Positions 36,142-46,697 of a stretch of 64,000 bases of DNA are shown here, piece by piece (within the stretch, counting starts at the first letter, position 1; every line of letters starts with the position of its first letter). This DNA comes from Clostridia bacterium (GTDB lineage Bacteria; Bacillota; Clostridia; JAAYHZ01), in assembly GCA_050950825.1 (NCBI GenBank), contig JBMNIH010000002.1:480001-544000 (forward strand), written 5' to 3'. Under the pieces are notes generated by a model, which saw only the letters and a program-made list of their open reading frames with translations, was not told the origin of the DNA and did no database searches. A program made the translations under genes and the position numbers.

Positions 36142-37413
36142 TTAGCTTCTTTTCAAAAGAACGTCCTTTTCGTATTCTTTCACGTCATATAGCCAATCAT
36201 AACCGACAGGCACGTTGTGCTTCAAGCAGTAATAATCCCACACCGCGTTCCACGGCATCGATTTTAATTCTTCCAGCATGGCAAGCCTTGCGGTATAGTC
36301 TTGGGTGTTTTCATATTCTTTCATCCTGTCGGTAGGCTCTAACAGAGCGTACATCAATGCTTTTAGCATATTTCGAGTTCCGATGATCCATGCCGCCAGA
36401 CGATTGACGGATGCATCGAAAAAGTCAAGGCCGATATATACACGATTTTCAAATCCGTTTCGCAGGATCTCCTGTGCAATTTCGACCAATTCGTTTTCCA
36501 ATATGACCACGTGGTCGCTGTCCCAGCGAACCGGCCTGCTTACGTGGAGCAATACCCCGTCTAAGAACAACAACGCCGACGACAGCTTGTTCGATACGGT
36601 TTCCGTAGGATGGAAATGACCGGTATCCAATGTCAGCAAAATGTTCTTTTTCATGGCATACAGCATGTAGAATTCATGGGAGCCGACTACGTAGCTTTCC
36701 GAACCGATTCCGAACAATTTGCTTTCCACGGCATCCATCAAATATTTCTTATCGTAACGTACGGATAAAACTTCGTCCAAGGACTCCATCAGCCTTTTTC
36801 TCGGTGCAAACCGATCCACGGGGATGTCCTTGTAGCCGTCCGGAATCCATATGTTGTTCACACAGGGAGTTCCCAATTCTTTTCCGAAATAGGCACCGAT
36901 TTCACGGGTACACAAACAGTGCTCGATCCAGAAACGGCGGATGCCCGGATCTTTGTGGCTTAAGGTAAAGCCGTCATCCGCAAAAGGATGGGAAAACAAT
37001 GTGGGGTTAAAGTCCAATCCCACTTTTTGCTCTTTCGCCCAATCGACCCAGCCTTTAAAATGCTCCGGCCTGATTTCGTTTCGAGGCACTTTTTTTGAAG
37101 ACTCCAAATAGATGGCATGCAAAGACAGACGGTGCTTTCCCGGTATGTAGGTCAGCATTTTGTTAATGTCCGCTCTTAATTCGCCTACATTCTTTGCCTT
37201 GCCGGGATAATTTCCGGTCGCCTGAATCCCTCCGGACAAACCGGCATCCGGGTTTTCAAAGCCTCCTACGTCGTCTCCCTGCCAGCAGTGGATGCTTACG
37301 GGGATTCTTTCCAACCGTTGCATAACAGCTTCCGTGTCCACGCCGATTTCTTCGTACCTTTTACGCGCAATTTCGTATGCTTTTTCGATTTGACTGATCT
37401 TGTTCATATCCAT
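36142..37413 (-). CDS. rhaA: L-rhamnose isomerase
   Basis: [51 protein letters not shown]. Confidence 0.96.
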   Translation of the reverse strand: MDMNKISQIEKAYEIARKRYEEIGVDTEAVMQRLERIPVSIHCWQGDDVGGFENPDAGLSGGIQATGNYPGKAKNVGELRADINKMLTYIPGKHRLSLHAIYLESSKKVPRNEIRPEHFKGWVDWAKEQKVGLDFNPTLFSHPFADDGFTLSHKDPGIRRFWIEHCLCTREIGAYFGKELGTPCVNNIWIPDGYKDIPVDRFAPRKRLMESLDEVLSVRYDKKYLMDAVESKLFGIGSESYVVGSHEFYMLYAMKKNILLTLDTGHFHPTETVSNKLSSALLFLDGVLLHVSRPVRWDSDHVVILENELVEIAQEILRNGFENRVYIGLDFFDASVNRLAAWIIGTRNMLKALMYALLEPTDRMKEYENTQDYTARLAMLEELKSMPWNAVWDYYCLKHNVPVGYDWLYDVKEYEKDVLLKRS

Positions 37414-37423
37414 GCCTCCGTTT

Positions 37424-38062
37424 TTAAAACTCGTCCGTATATTTCAATTCTCGCTTGACAACATAAGGTTTCCAAATTTTTAAGCCCCAAACCATTATTC
37501 TGCTTTGGTATGTCTCGAATCCTACGAAAGGATGCTTCGTAAAGTCGATAGGATCCGGATCCCGCATCTCCATTATCAACCCTCCGTTGATAAACAAAAA
37601 GCACAAGCCCTCCACGGTCCCGGCTATGATCTTGTATTCCTTATTCGGTTTCGCCTCGAAAAGGGGAGTCGCCGCATACAGCCGATTTTCAGGGGCTTTT
37701 TCAAAGCCTACCTTCTGCTCCCACCATCCGTTGATGCCTACCACATACCCGGCATTTCGAATACGTTTTTCCTCGTCCCAGGTTGCATGCCACATAAAAT
37801 CCAAATCGTGGGTAGAAGGCTCCGCTAAAGACGCGGTAAATTCCATGACCAAGTCGTGGGGGTATTCAGCCTTCGAGAAAATCATACCTCCCCCGCTTGA
37901 ATCGCTTTCTCCGAAAAGCTTGCCGTCCTCCGTTTTCCAATATCCGCTTTTCACGGACCAGTCTTCTTTTAAGCTTTCTTCCGTAAAGGCTTTGTCGTAT
38001 TTTAAATCCGATCGATTAAGATCGACGGAACAATGAAGTAAATTGAGCAAATGATCGTTCAT
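37424..38062 (-). CDS. Hypothetical beta-sandwich (ConA/DUF1080-like) protein
   Basis: Beta-rich, [15 protein letters not shown] pattern; GGAG RBS; lies between the GH and rhaA. Confidence 0.6.
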   Translation of the reverse strand: MNDHLLNLLHCSVDLNRSDLKYDKAFTEESLKEDWSVKSGYWKTEDGKLFGESDSSGGGMIFSKAEYPHDLVMEFTASLAEPSTHDLDFMWHATWDEEKRIRNAGYVVGINGWWEQKVGFEKAPENRLYAATPLFEAKPNKEYKIIAGTVEGLCFLFINGGLIMEMRDPDPIDFTKHPFVGFETYQSRIMVWGLKIWKPYVVKRELKYTDEF

Positions 38063-38081
38063 TGATGTATTCTCCCTCTTT

Positions 38082-40217
38082 TTACAAGACCGTTTTTTCA
38101 CCGGCGGTCAATCGGACCTTTTGTACTCCTTTTGCACTCCGAAAAGCGACCTCCGCCGAATCCGTCTCTTCTTTTTCCACCGTTATCACCCATTGGTCGT
38201 CCTTTTGCTCTACGGTAATCCGCAGACCTTTATGATGGAATCGTTCCAAGGGCGTCAAAGGCAATGTCATGTCCATATCGTACATAAAAAGTCCGTGGTA
38301 TTCATATAGGGCTCCGATGATGTCCCCGGCACCGACGTTCGAAGATACTCCGGGAGTGCACACGAAACCGTGGTCGCTTCTTGCCAGCTCTCCCGTTCGC
38401 ACGTTGTAGCATTCCCAAATGCTCGGATACAAAAGGCACATCCGGATAATCGCATCATAAGCTTTCGGTACCAAATCCGGGTAGTACTTTTTGCAAATGT
38501 ACATACCTAAGGAACAGGTTTTCGGCCAGCACGGTCCTCTCCAATAGACGTCTTCTCGGAACCCTTCTTCTCCTTCCGCAACCGTCCGTATGCCATAGGG
38601 TCCGATGAGTCTTTCGAAATTCTTTCTCATGGCATCTATCTTTTCTTGGTCGGCCGTACCGTACACAAAGGCAAAAAGACCGTCTACGCCTACACGGGTA
38701 TCCAACCGTCCGTCCTCCCGGATAACGCCGTACCACTTCTTTTCCTCATCCCATAAATAGCGATTCATGGCTTTTTTGGTCTTTTCGGCTTCTTCCAAAT
38801 AGAAGGCGGGATCCTCTCCTAAAATCTTTGCCATCTCTCCGAGAGCCGATTCGTAACGATAACGTTCGGCGCCGAATATGGCAGGATAGCAGTATTTTTC
38901 TTTGGGGATCCCTTCTTCACCGTAGGTAACCCGTTGGAAAACAGGCGTTGTGTCCAACCCGGTATCAAAGGACGTGGTGATAGCCCAAAGATGGAGGCTT
39001 CGAAAGGCCTCGTCTCGGGATCGATTGATGTATTCGTAATATTTTATCAAGGGTTTAAACCAACGGCGTAAGGATTCGATGTCTCCCGTAGCGTGATAAT
39101 ACCGTACGGCCGTCCACGGAAAATGAGGGGTTTGTATGACTCCCCCTTTTCCCCAACGTTCGCCGGGAATTTCCTCGTCGATATAGATGGCGTGGGTGAT
39201 GTAGCCGTCCTCTCTTTGGCTGTCCACCATCATATCCATGGCTTTTTTAATCCACAGTGACGTGTATTCGGTGTTTTGGTCGGAATGCCACTCTACCGAC
39301 GGGATCGCCCACTGCCATATCCCTTTGTACACCGGCAGGGCTTCCGTAATGCTGTGGCCCCATTGGGGATGGTCGTAGTAGTTGTTTTTAATGACCGTCC
39401 AGCATTTGTAATATACTTTCGCTTCCTTCTTGTCGTTCAACGAAACTACAGGCAACGAATTGAACCAATCGTTCCAAACCTTCGCAATCTTCTTTTCAAA
39501 ATTCTTTGTCGAAAGCGCCTTTCGGGCATGCTTCATATCCGTTGCGCTTAATCCGATGACCCATTCCTTTCGTTCCAAAGGCTTCATAAAAAGATGCTGC
39601 ATAATAACCAAATAGCGCCCGGATTTCCCTTGGGATACTTGATTTCGCTTTAAGTCTTCCTTCATGAGAACCTCGTTATCATAAAGGCCGAAATCAAAAC
39701 CTTCGGAAAATGCCAAGCAGTAGTTCATGTCGCTAAAGGAGACGATCAAGCCGTTCTCTTTTTTCTCAACGGAGAATACTTCATCGGAGCTAAGAACCGA
39801 AAAAAGGTTTTTATCGAAATCCTTTCCTTCCGTACGGCAAGTCATGTCGAAGGACCAAGTCAGAGACTTGTCATGGATACGGCCTAACCGCTCCGTACCC
39901 ATCAACGCCAAATTGGTGTATTCAAACTCTCTTTTTATTAAAGAAGGATAATAGGTTTGCTTCTTGAACAGCGCTCTGTTGGGGCCTAAAACCCGCATGA
40001 TACTCGGGTACTCGTATACCGCGAAATCGAACTTGAACTTTGGAATCAAGTCGTACCCGGTTTTGATGGAAAAATCGAAAAAGTACCCTAAGCGACTTTC
40101 TCCGGTGGGATATGCAAAAGCTTGGGTGCCGTCTTCTTCTTTCACGTAAATGGCGGTAAGCCTGGGAATGTTGTTATCGAACTCTTCGCCTAACATCTGC
40201 CAAATTCGTTTACTCAT
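38082..40217 (-). CDS. Glycoside hydrolase, (alpha/alpha)6 GH63/MGH1/trehalase-like
   Basis: YKGIWQW, DTGLD, YWRGPCW and WECYN motifs. Confidence 0.75.
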   Translation of the reverse strand: MSKRIWQMLGEEFDNNIPRLTAIYVKEEDGTQAFAYPTGESRLGYFFDFSIKTGYDLIPKFKFDFAVYEYPSIMRVLGPNRALFKKQTYYPSLIKREFEYTNLALMGTERLGRIHDKSLTWSFDMTCRTEGKDFDKNLFSVLSSDEVFSVEKKENGLIVSFSDMNYCLAFSEGFDFGLYDNEVLMKEDLKRNQVSQGKSGRYLVIMQHLFMKPLERKEWVIGLSATDMKHARKALSTKNFEKKIAKVWNDWFNSLPVVSLNDKKEAKVYYKCWTVIKNNYYDHPQWGHSITEALPVYKGIWQWAIPSVEWHSDQNTEYTSLWIKKAMDMMVDSQREDGYITHAIYIDEEIPGERWGKGGVIQTPHFPWTAVRYYHATGDIESLRRWFKPLIKYYEYINRSRDEAFRSLHLWAITTSFDTGLDTTPVFQRVTYGEEGIPKEKYCYPAIFGAERYRYESALGEMAKILGEDPAFYLEEAEKTKKAMNRYLWDEEKKWYGVIREDGRLDTRVGVDGLFAFVYGTADQEKIDAMRKNFERLIGPYGIRTVAEGEEGFREDVYWRGPCWPKTCSLGMYICKKYYPDLVPKAYDAIIRMCLLYPSIWECYNVRTGELARSDHGFVCTPGVSSNVGAGDIIGALYEYHGLFMYDMDMTLPLTPLERFHHKGLRITVEQKDDQWVITVEKEETDSAEVAFRSAKGVQKVRLTAGEKTVL

Positions 40218-40342
40218 AACATCATCCGTTTCTTGGCGACCTTTTTTACGATAAGAGGCTCGATCGCCGAAGGTTTCTTTATTTGCCGTCTTATCTAGCA
40301 AAAATTCTACCATAAATATCGAGGGATGAACAGTAAAAGAAC

Positions 40343-41167
40343 CTACCTTTGTTTCACATATTCGTATCCCGCATCGCCGCTTTCCGAATCAAAAACAACC
40401 CGTCCCTTTTCCTTAAAGCAAAATCTTGCTCGTACACGATTGCTTTCCTTTATCGTCCCGTCCATCCTGCCGAATAGAGGAGATCGTAAAGAAAAGCCTT
40501 CCGGGATATCCAAAAGATCAATCCGCAGCGTAAATCTTCCTTGGCTTAAAACGATTCGATTTTCCTCGTCGGATAAGATTTTTACCCCCTTGTAGGTGGC
40601 AAGTCGATACTCTTTATCTTCCGTTACGATTGCACATAGGCATCCCGTAAAATGAAATCCTAAAAAAGGAATCTCGGCAATGGAAAGCATAATGCTTAAA
40701 GGACGGTCAAATCGGTTGCATTGGATCCACCGGTAGGAGGAAGGAAAAGAGGTTCCGCTGTCGGATTCCATGTACCCGGTTCCGCCGTCGAAGGATACCT
40801 TCTCTCCTTCCATGCAAAGGGTACCGCAAAGAGAATGCATCATGCTGATAACGCCGTGGCGGCATTCCATGGGAAAGAACCGAAAGGGTCCCATAATATC
40901 CGACCGAAGAGGAGTCAAAGGACCGTAACGAATCTCGCCCTTTATTCCGGGCAAATCGATATAAGAGCCCTTTGTAGAAAAGATGCACTTGTCGGCAACG
41001 ATGCCTCCTTTGTATATGTTCAGTTTTTTTACATCAAAATGATAAGAACCGTTATCGGTAATGACTTGTACAAAACTCCCGCATCGGGCAAAGCCGGGTA
41101 TAAAAGCTACGGTTTTGTCCTTCGATTGGTGTTTAAAATACCATCCTTCGAATCGATTTTTATTCAT
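40343..41167 (-). CDS. Tocopherol cyclase family protein
   Basis: FEGWYFK, DIMGPF, MECRHG, GYMESDSGTSFP.SYRWIQCN. Confidence 0.8.
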   Translation of the reverse strand: MNKNRFEGWYFKHQSKDKTVAFIPGFARCGSFVQVITDNGSYHFDVKKLNIYKGGIVADKCIFSTKGSYIDLPGIKGEIRYGPLTPLRSDIMGPFRFFPMECRHGVISMMHSLCGTLCMEGEKVSFDGGTGYMESDSGTSFPSSYRWIQCNRFDRPLSIMLSIAEIPFLGFHFTGCLCAIVTEDKEYRLATYKGVKILSDEENRIVLSQGRFTLRIDLLDIPEGFSLRSPLFGRMDGTIKESNRVRARFCFKEKGRVVFDSESGDAGYEYVKQR

Positions 41168-41246
41168 TTTCTTCCCTTCCTCGTTTTTAAAGTGTTCATA
41201 GTATGCATCGTTACGGGAAAATATATTGAAAAAAGGATTGATCAAA

Positions 41247-42248
41247 ATGAAAATCGACTTTGACGCCGTGTATTACGAACCGAATATTGAGGAGTACGAC
41301 TTGGGTAAAATGCTAAAAAGTAAGTACGGGCATTTGCCTTGGATTCCCGTCGAAAGCCACAACCGAATACCCGAGCTGAGCTCATCCTGCAACAAGGAAT
41401 TTCCAAGCCTGAAAAAACATTTGATCATCGGAACGCGGAAAACTCACAAATACGTTCCGAACCAAAAGGTGTCCGATTGGCTGGTCCCCTATACCTCCTC
41501 GGGCTGCCGCGCCATGTGCCTTTACTGCTATTTGGTATGCAACTACAACAAGTGCTCTTATCTTCGATTGTTTGTCAATCGGGAGCAAATGATGGAAAAG
41601 CTTTTGGAGACCGATACCAAAAGTCCTTCGCCTCAAGTTTTCGAAATCGGCAGCAACAGCGATTTGGTGTTGGAAAACATCATCACGGGAAATCTCGTCT
41701 GGACCGTCGAGAGCTTTGCTCCGAAAAGCCGAGGATTCTTGACTTTTCCTACGAAATTCGATGCGGTAAAGCCGCTTCTTTCTTTGGACCACAAAGGGAA
41801 AATCATATTCCGAATGAGCGTCAATCCGGACGAAATCATCCGAAAAATTGAGTTCGGAACCTCTTCTTTGTCCCGAAGGATTAACGCCCTCAACGACATG
41901 GCGGAAGCGGGATATCCCGTCGGGCTTTTGATTGCGCCGGTCATATTGCTTCCCGATTGGAAGAACTTGTACGGCCGGCTGATTGACCGGCTTTCGGATA
42001 CCCTTTCCGACAAAGTGAAGCGCACGGGATTTATAGAAATCATCCTGATGACCTACAGCTTCGTACATCACGCCATCAATACGGAAGCCTTTCCTCAAGC
42101 CGTTTCTTTGTATGATAAAAGCATCATGACGGGCCGAGGCAGAGGAAAATACAGCTATCGTCAAGATATACGGGAGGAAGCGGAAAGCTTTTTAAAAGAA
42201 AAGCTTTCGAAAAGCCTAAGCTCCATGCCCATACTCTACATCTCCTAA
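41247..42248 (+). CDS. Spore photoproduct lyase family radical SAM protein
   Basis: CRAMCLYC, ESHNRI, RMSVN, IEFGTS and YPVG..IAPV motifs. Confidence 0.88.
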   Translation: MKIDFDAVYYEPNIEEYDLGKMLKSKYGHLPWIPVESHNRIPELSSSCNKEFPSLKKHLIIGTRKTHKYVPNQKVSDWLVPYTSSGCRAMCLYCYLVCNYNKCSYLRLFVNREQMMEKLLETDTKSPSPQVFEIGSNSDLVLENIITGNLVWTVESFAPKSRGFLTFPTKFDAVKPLLSLDHKGKIIFRMSVNPDEIIRKIEFGTSSLSRRINALNDMAEAGYPVGLLIAPVILLPDWKNLYGRLIDRLSDTLSDKVKRTGFIEIILMTYSFVHHAINTEAFPQAVSLYDKSIMTGRGRGKYSYRQDIREEAESFLKEKLSKSLSSMPILYIS

Positions 42249-42252
42249 AGCC

Positions 42253-43437
42253 TTATTCGAATATTCTGTCGAAATCGACCTCGTTTTCAATGTAGAGGAC
42301 TTGGGCTTTTCCGAATTCTTTTTCAAATTCTTCTTTTTTTCGGAAGGTAACGATTCGAATATTTCGGGAAAGGGCATAAAGAATCAGTTCTTTGTTCCCT
42401 TTTGCTTGCTCATGAATGGTAAAGCCGGTATCGATGACGGTTTTCGCCTTGTCGATACATGCCATGGCCTTTTCTTTTGCTTCCTTCGCCTCGGTAAAAG
42501 GCTTAACGGCGAAAATATTCGCCCCCATGGATAAAGCCACGGGATAATCGCAGTCGCTTTCAACAAGGATTCCCGTCGAAAAACCGGCCCTTCTTTTTGC
42601 AAATTGTCGGTATAAAGAAACTCCGGTGCCGCTGCAGGCAACGATGAAAATGTTCTCCGAGCTTCCTACGGGAAGCTCAACGGAACCGGTTACATAGGAA
42701 AAACGTCCCGGACTCATGTCAAACAAACGGTTCACCGTATCTTCTTTTTCCATGGCCTCCGGGGTTCCGTCGTACATGACTTTTCCGTCCTTTACGGCTA
42801 TGATGTGTTGGCAGACCTTTACCGCCAAGTCCAACTCATGCAGCGTCAATACCACCGATATGTTTTTTTCTTTCGCCAATCGGTTCAAAAGCTCCATAAT
42901 CTCCAGCTTATGCTTAATGTCAAGATGAGTCGTCGGCTCATCCAACAAAAGCACCTTCGGTTCCTGGGCAATGGCTCGGGCGATCAAAACCTTTTGCTTC
43001 TCCCCGTCACTTAACGTGGAAAACAATCGGTGGGCAAGCTCTGCGGCGCCGGTCTGCTCCAAGCTTGAAAGGGCGATTTTTTTGTCATGTTGCGATAATC
43101 TTCCCATAAATCCGGTATGGGGATAACGCCCCATACAAGTGATTTCCATAGCCGTCATAAAATCCACGGAAATTCTTTGGGTTAAAACCACGGCAACGGT
43201 TTTCGACAATTCGTTTCTGCCGTATTCTTTCATGCTTTTTCCGAAAAGGCGGATATCTCCGCCGATGGCAGGCAGAAGGCCGCTTACGGTTTTTAAAAGA
43301 GTGGACTTTCCTGCACCGTTTTTCCCCATCAAGCAAGTAAGCTCCCCTTGCCTAATGTCAAAATTCATGTTTTCGCATACGACTTTTTGGTCGTATCCGA
43401 TGGTCAGATTGTTTACGGTAATGGCCGGTTTGGACAA
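42253..43437 (-). CDS. ABC transporter ATP-binding subunit (BtuD/FecE-like) with C-terminal extension
   Basis: GKNGAGKS, LSDGEKQ, LLLDEPT, H-loop. Confidence 0.9.
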   Translation of the reverse strand: MSKPAITVNNLTIGYDQKVVCENMNFDIRQGELTCLMGKNGAGKSTLLKTVSGLLPAIGGDIRLFGKSMKEYGRNELSKTVAVVLTQRISVDFMTAMEITCMGRYPHTGFMGRLSQHDKKIALSSLEQTGAAELAHRLFSTLSDGEKQKVLIARAIAQEPKVLLLDEPTTHLDIKHKLEIMELLNRLAKEKNISVVLTLHELDLAVKVCQHIIAVKDGKVMYDGTPEAMEKEDTVNRLFDMSPGRFSYVTGSVELPVGSSENIFIVACSGTGVSLYRQFAKRRAGFSTGILVESDCDYPVALSMGANIFAVKPFTEAKEAKEKAMACIDKAKTVIDTGFTIHEQAKGNKELILYALSRNIRIVTFRKKEEFEKEFGKAQVLYIENEVDFDRIFE

Positions 43438-43458
43438 TTTTCTACCTCCGATTTTTTC

Positions 43459-44673
43459 TTAAGCATTGGACCGATTTTTCATAATCATGTGAATCACAAT
43501 AGGTACACCGAAAACGGACGTTACGGTGCTTAAGGCCAGCTCTCTCGGAGAGAATACGGACCGAGCCAAAATATCGCATACGGCCGTTATACAAGCACCG
43601 TACAAAATGCATCCCGGCAAAAGAATTCGGCTGTCCGAGGATTTAAACAACAGCTTCACGATATGGGGAACCGCCAAGCCGATAAATGCGACGGGGCCTG
43701 CAAAAGCGGTTACCGCCGCCGTCAATACGCCGGACAGCAAAATGATAATGACGCGGAACAAACGCAAATTGACGCCTAAGCTTTTGGCATAATCCTCTCC
43801 TAACAAAAAGGCGTTCAATTGTTTTCCTATCAGTAAAGAACCGAAAAAAGAAAGGAAGCAAATGATCGCCAGCATCCATACTTCTTCCCACACAAAGCCG
43901 GAAAAGCTGCCCATGGAATAGACCACAAACCCTTTTACCGCTTCTTTGTCGGCAAAAGTCATTAAAAACCCGGTACCTGCGGAACAAAAGTACCCGATCA
44001 TAATGCCGATAACAAGGAGGGTGGTTGCCTGTTTAACCCGCAAGGCGAACAACAGCACAACGGCCATAACCGCCATGGCGCCGAAAAAAGCGGCAAAAAA
44101 TCTTCCGAAAGGACCGGTTCCAAAAATGCCGAGCCGAAGCCCCGCCAGAATGAACAAGGCGGCTATAAAGGTGGATCCGTTGGATATGCCCAAAACGTAA
44201 GGGTCCACAATGGGGTTTCGGAAGAAGATCTGCAAAAGCAGCCCGGCTACGGCCAAGGCGGCCCCTCCCAAAAGGGAGGCTGCCGCTCGTGGCAGCCGTA
44301 TGTCAAAAAGAATGTCTCGGTGCAGGCTATCGTCCTCTTCACCGTAAACGACGGTTACCGAGGTGTATCCTTCGTCTTGTAAATCGATGTTTTCAAAAAG
44401 GCCCGGTTCGATTTCCATGGAACCCATCTCTTCATGAACAACGACGATACCGGTCGCTCCTTCCAAGCTTATATCCTCGAAATGATCCCGGTCGTATGTT
44501 ACGATTTGCTCCTTCGCCTCAAAGAAAAGGGTGCGAAAGATTTCCTTCGGCGGTATTTTTACCGAACCGATGGAAACGGCCGCTACCGTAACGGCCAAAA
44601 GCAGCAGGATTCCCACGGCATATAGCAGGAACGCTTTTTTACCCGATGATTTTTGGACCTTTTTCTTACTCAT
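43459..44673 (-). CDS. FecCD/BtuC-type ABC permease with an extracytoplasmic insertion
   Basis: IRLPR, FRNPIVDPYVLG, LGEDYAKSLG, GPVAFIGLAVPH. Confidence 0.9.
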   Translation of the reverse strand: MSKKKVQKSSGKKAFLLYAVGILLLLAVTVAAVSIGSVKIPPKEIFRTLFFEAKEQIVTYDRDHFEDISLEGATGIVVVHEEMGSMEIEPGLFENIDLQDEGYTSVTVVYGEEDDSLHRDILFDIRLPRAAASLLGGAALAVAGLLLQIFFRNPIVDPYVLGISNGSTFIAALFILAGLRLGIFGTGPFGRFFAAFFGAMAVMAVVLLFALRVKQATTLLVIGIMIGYFCSAGTGFLMTFADKEAVKGFVVYSMGSFSGFVWEEVWMLAIICFLSFFGSLLIGKQLNAFLLGEDYAKSLGVNLRLFRVIIILLSGVLTAAVTAFAGPVAFIGLAVPHIVKLLFKSSDSRILLPGCILYGACITAVCDILARSVFSPRELALSTVTSVFGVPIVIHMIMKNRSNA

Positions 44674-44701
44674 TTTTTATTTCCTTTTTATTGAACCACG
44701 C

Positions 44702-46183
44702 TTAATTTTTCATTGATTGCGGCATCTTGCTCAAGTACTTGATTTGGTACCCTTCGTAAATGTCCGGATAGAAGATGGCGGACATGTCTTCAATGATGTT
44801 TTGGGTATAGGGTGCCACTTGGTACCAAGAAGGTGCATAGTTCCATACTCTTCCGTTCTTAACGGATTTTAAATTCTTTAAAATATCCATTTGGTCGATC
44901 ATCCACCGGACCGAGATCTCCGGCGTGTAGGTGGTAACGAATCCGGAATAGATGAAGATGTCCGCATCCTTCGCCCGTCTGTAGAATTCTTCCGGATCAA
45001 TCATAACGGATCCGCCTAAGCCGGTTCCCACATCGGAGAATACATAATCGCCTCCGGCCATTTCGATCCATTTGGCAATGTAGGACCCTTTATCCGGTAC
45101 ATACATGCCGGTTCCCCCGAAGGGAACGATGTTGCCCCATACCACTTTCGGTTTTTCTTTTCCTTCATAGCGGCTCTTGATGACCTCGATTTTTGCCACC
45201 GCTCCGTTGGTATATACCGAAGCCATCATTTCTTTGTTGTAGAAAGCCGATACCAAGGATCCGATTTCCAAGCGAGAAAAAGGATCTTCCTCCAGCCAGT
45301 CGGTGCAAATGACATAGCGTATGCCGAATTCCTCCAGCTTCTCAACGATTTTCGGAGTGTCCCAATTGTCATCGTACAAAATGGCTAAATCCGGCTTCAA
45401 TTTTTTCAACGCTTCGAAATCCACGGCGGAATTGTCTCCGATAAAGGTCATGGTTCCGTCTTGGTGTCCCTTTTTAAAGTCTTCAATAAACCAGTCTTGG
45501 GCCGGTGTGGTGGTGCCGATAACCGAATCGGTTTCACCGATCACATCCAATATACCGGCATAGGAAGTGGAAAACAAGACCACTCGGCTTACCGGTACGG
45601 TGATAATCTCGATGCTCTTATCAAACAAATATTTCACCGGTATTTTTGTTTTTCCGTCTACCAGCAAAAGCTTCCTTCCGTTGGTATCCGTTAAAAGCTT
45701 CAATCCGTTTTCAAGATATTCGATATTGAAGACCTTGCAAAAGTCATTGCGGTAGTAAGGCATTTTCACCGACAGTTTATTCTTTTCATAGGTAAATGTG
45801 AGCCCTTCCAATCTTTCAAAAAAGTCCAATGACACATACGTCCTGCCGTTTTTAATAACCGCCGGCCGTTTCATGGAAAAATAACCGTCCTTGGTATACA
45901 CCGTTCTTCTGCCGTTAGCCAAGATGTAGTAGTCATAGCCGTCTTGAACGCGAATCGACTTGTCTGTCGGATCTTGGGTCACGAATATACCCGTCTGCTC
46001 ACACAGCATGCGAAGAGGAACCATTAAAACTCCGTTATCCTCATAGGGTACCGCATCGGTAAACGCAAGGGGTTTCCCGTTGATTTCCGCCGTAATCGTC
46101 ACGTCGGATGCCGTAACGGATGTATTCGGCAAAAGTGTAACAAAAAACAGCAGCGCCAAAACGAAACACAATATTTTCTTCAT
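44702..46183 (-). CDS. ABC substrate-binding protein (BtuF-like) with N-terminal copper-amine-oxidase-N (stalk) domain
   Basis: Signal peptide; INGK..., MVPLR, NGRTYVSL; then PVSRVV, DFEALKKLKPDL, VKNGRVW. Confidence 0.85.
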   Translation of the reverse strand: MKKILCFVLALLFFVTLLPNTSVTASDVTITAEINGKPLAFTDAVPYEDNGVLMVPLRMLCEQTGIFVTQDPTDKSIRVQDGYDYYILANGRRTVYTKDGYFSMKRPAVIKNGRTYVSLDFFERLEGLTFTYEKNKLSVKMPYYRNDFCKVFNIEYLENGLKLLTDTNGRKLLLVDGKTKIPVKYLFDKSIEIITVPVSRVVLFSTSYAGILDVIGETDSVIGTTTPAQDWFIEDFKKGHQDGTMTFIGDNSAVDFEALKKLKPDLAILYDDNWDTPKIVEKLEEFGIRYVICTDWLEEDPFSRLEIGSLVSAFYNKEMMASVYTNGAVAKIEVIKSRYEGKEKPKVVWGNIVPFGGTGMYVPDKGSYIAKWIEMAGGDYVFSDVGTGLGGSVMIDPEEFYRRAKDADIFIYSGFVTTYTPEISVRWMIDQMDILKNLKSVKNGRVWNYAPSWYQVAPYTQNIIEDMSAIFYPDIYEGYQIKYLSKMPQSMKN

Positions 46184-46336
46184 CACGAACCTCCTGTATA
46201 TATCAACGGCATGGAAAGCATTAAAAGACAAGCATAGCGGAAAATAAAAAACCTTGCCAAGACATATGGGCAAGGAAGAACACGTACATAGCTATGTATC
46301 GAATGCCCTCCATCGCTCGTAGAGTGATCTGCATCT

Positions 46337-46506
46337 TTTACCGGGCAGGTCTTCTGACTCGGACTCAACGTGTGCTTTCCCTTCCCGCTTTTCGCAGTGG
46401 CAACGAAAGACACTCCTCCATACAGCGGCGTGACCGTGCAGGATTTTCACCTGCTTCCCTTTTAATAGGTCCAAACAAGCCTTTGTGTTTGTTCCTAACC
46501 CGATAA
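46337..46506 (-). ncRNA. Cobalamin riboswitch
   Basis: Minus strand AAAAGGGAAGCAGGTGAAAATCCTGCACGGTCACGCCGCTGT...GCCACTG...GGGAAG...GAGTCAGAAGACCTGCC (B12 box), upstream of a btu-type ABC operon. Confidence 0.92.
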
Positions 46507-46640
46507 GCCTGTTATTCAATTATAGTCCGACGATTCGAACTTTATGATCAGTTTAGCCAAATTCAGGTAAAGTGTCAAGGCGGATTCAGGTTCATTCTTA
46601 TCACTTTCTTGTGTTATCTTGTGTTCTTTTTCTCCTGCAA

Positions 46641-46669
46641 TTGAAGACGTATATACCCGGTGATATAAT
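46641..46669 (+). promoter_or_regulatory. sigmaA promoter of the hydantoinase/oxoprolinase gene
   Basis: TTGAAG-17bp-TATAAT with extended TG. Confidence 0.65.
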
Positions 46670-46697
46670 GGCATCAAAATTTCTTCGGAGGCAAAAC

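Noticed and set aside
41382-42164. 260-aa antisense ORF inside the SPL-family gene
   Set aside because: It lies fully opposite a well-supported gene and has no recognisable motifs; it is a typical codon-bias shadow, like the many other antisense ORFs in the track.
46572-46697. Extended N-termini given by the ORF track (also at 5602, 13656, 26733, 46273, 57687)
   Set aside because: They overlap promoters, a riboswitch leader or neighbouring genes; downstream starts with an RBS or matching the family N-terminus fit better.
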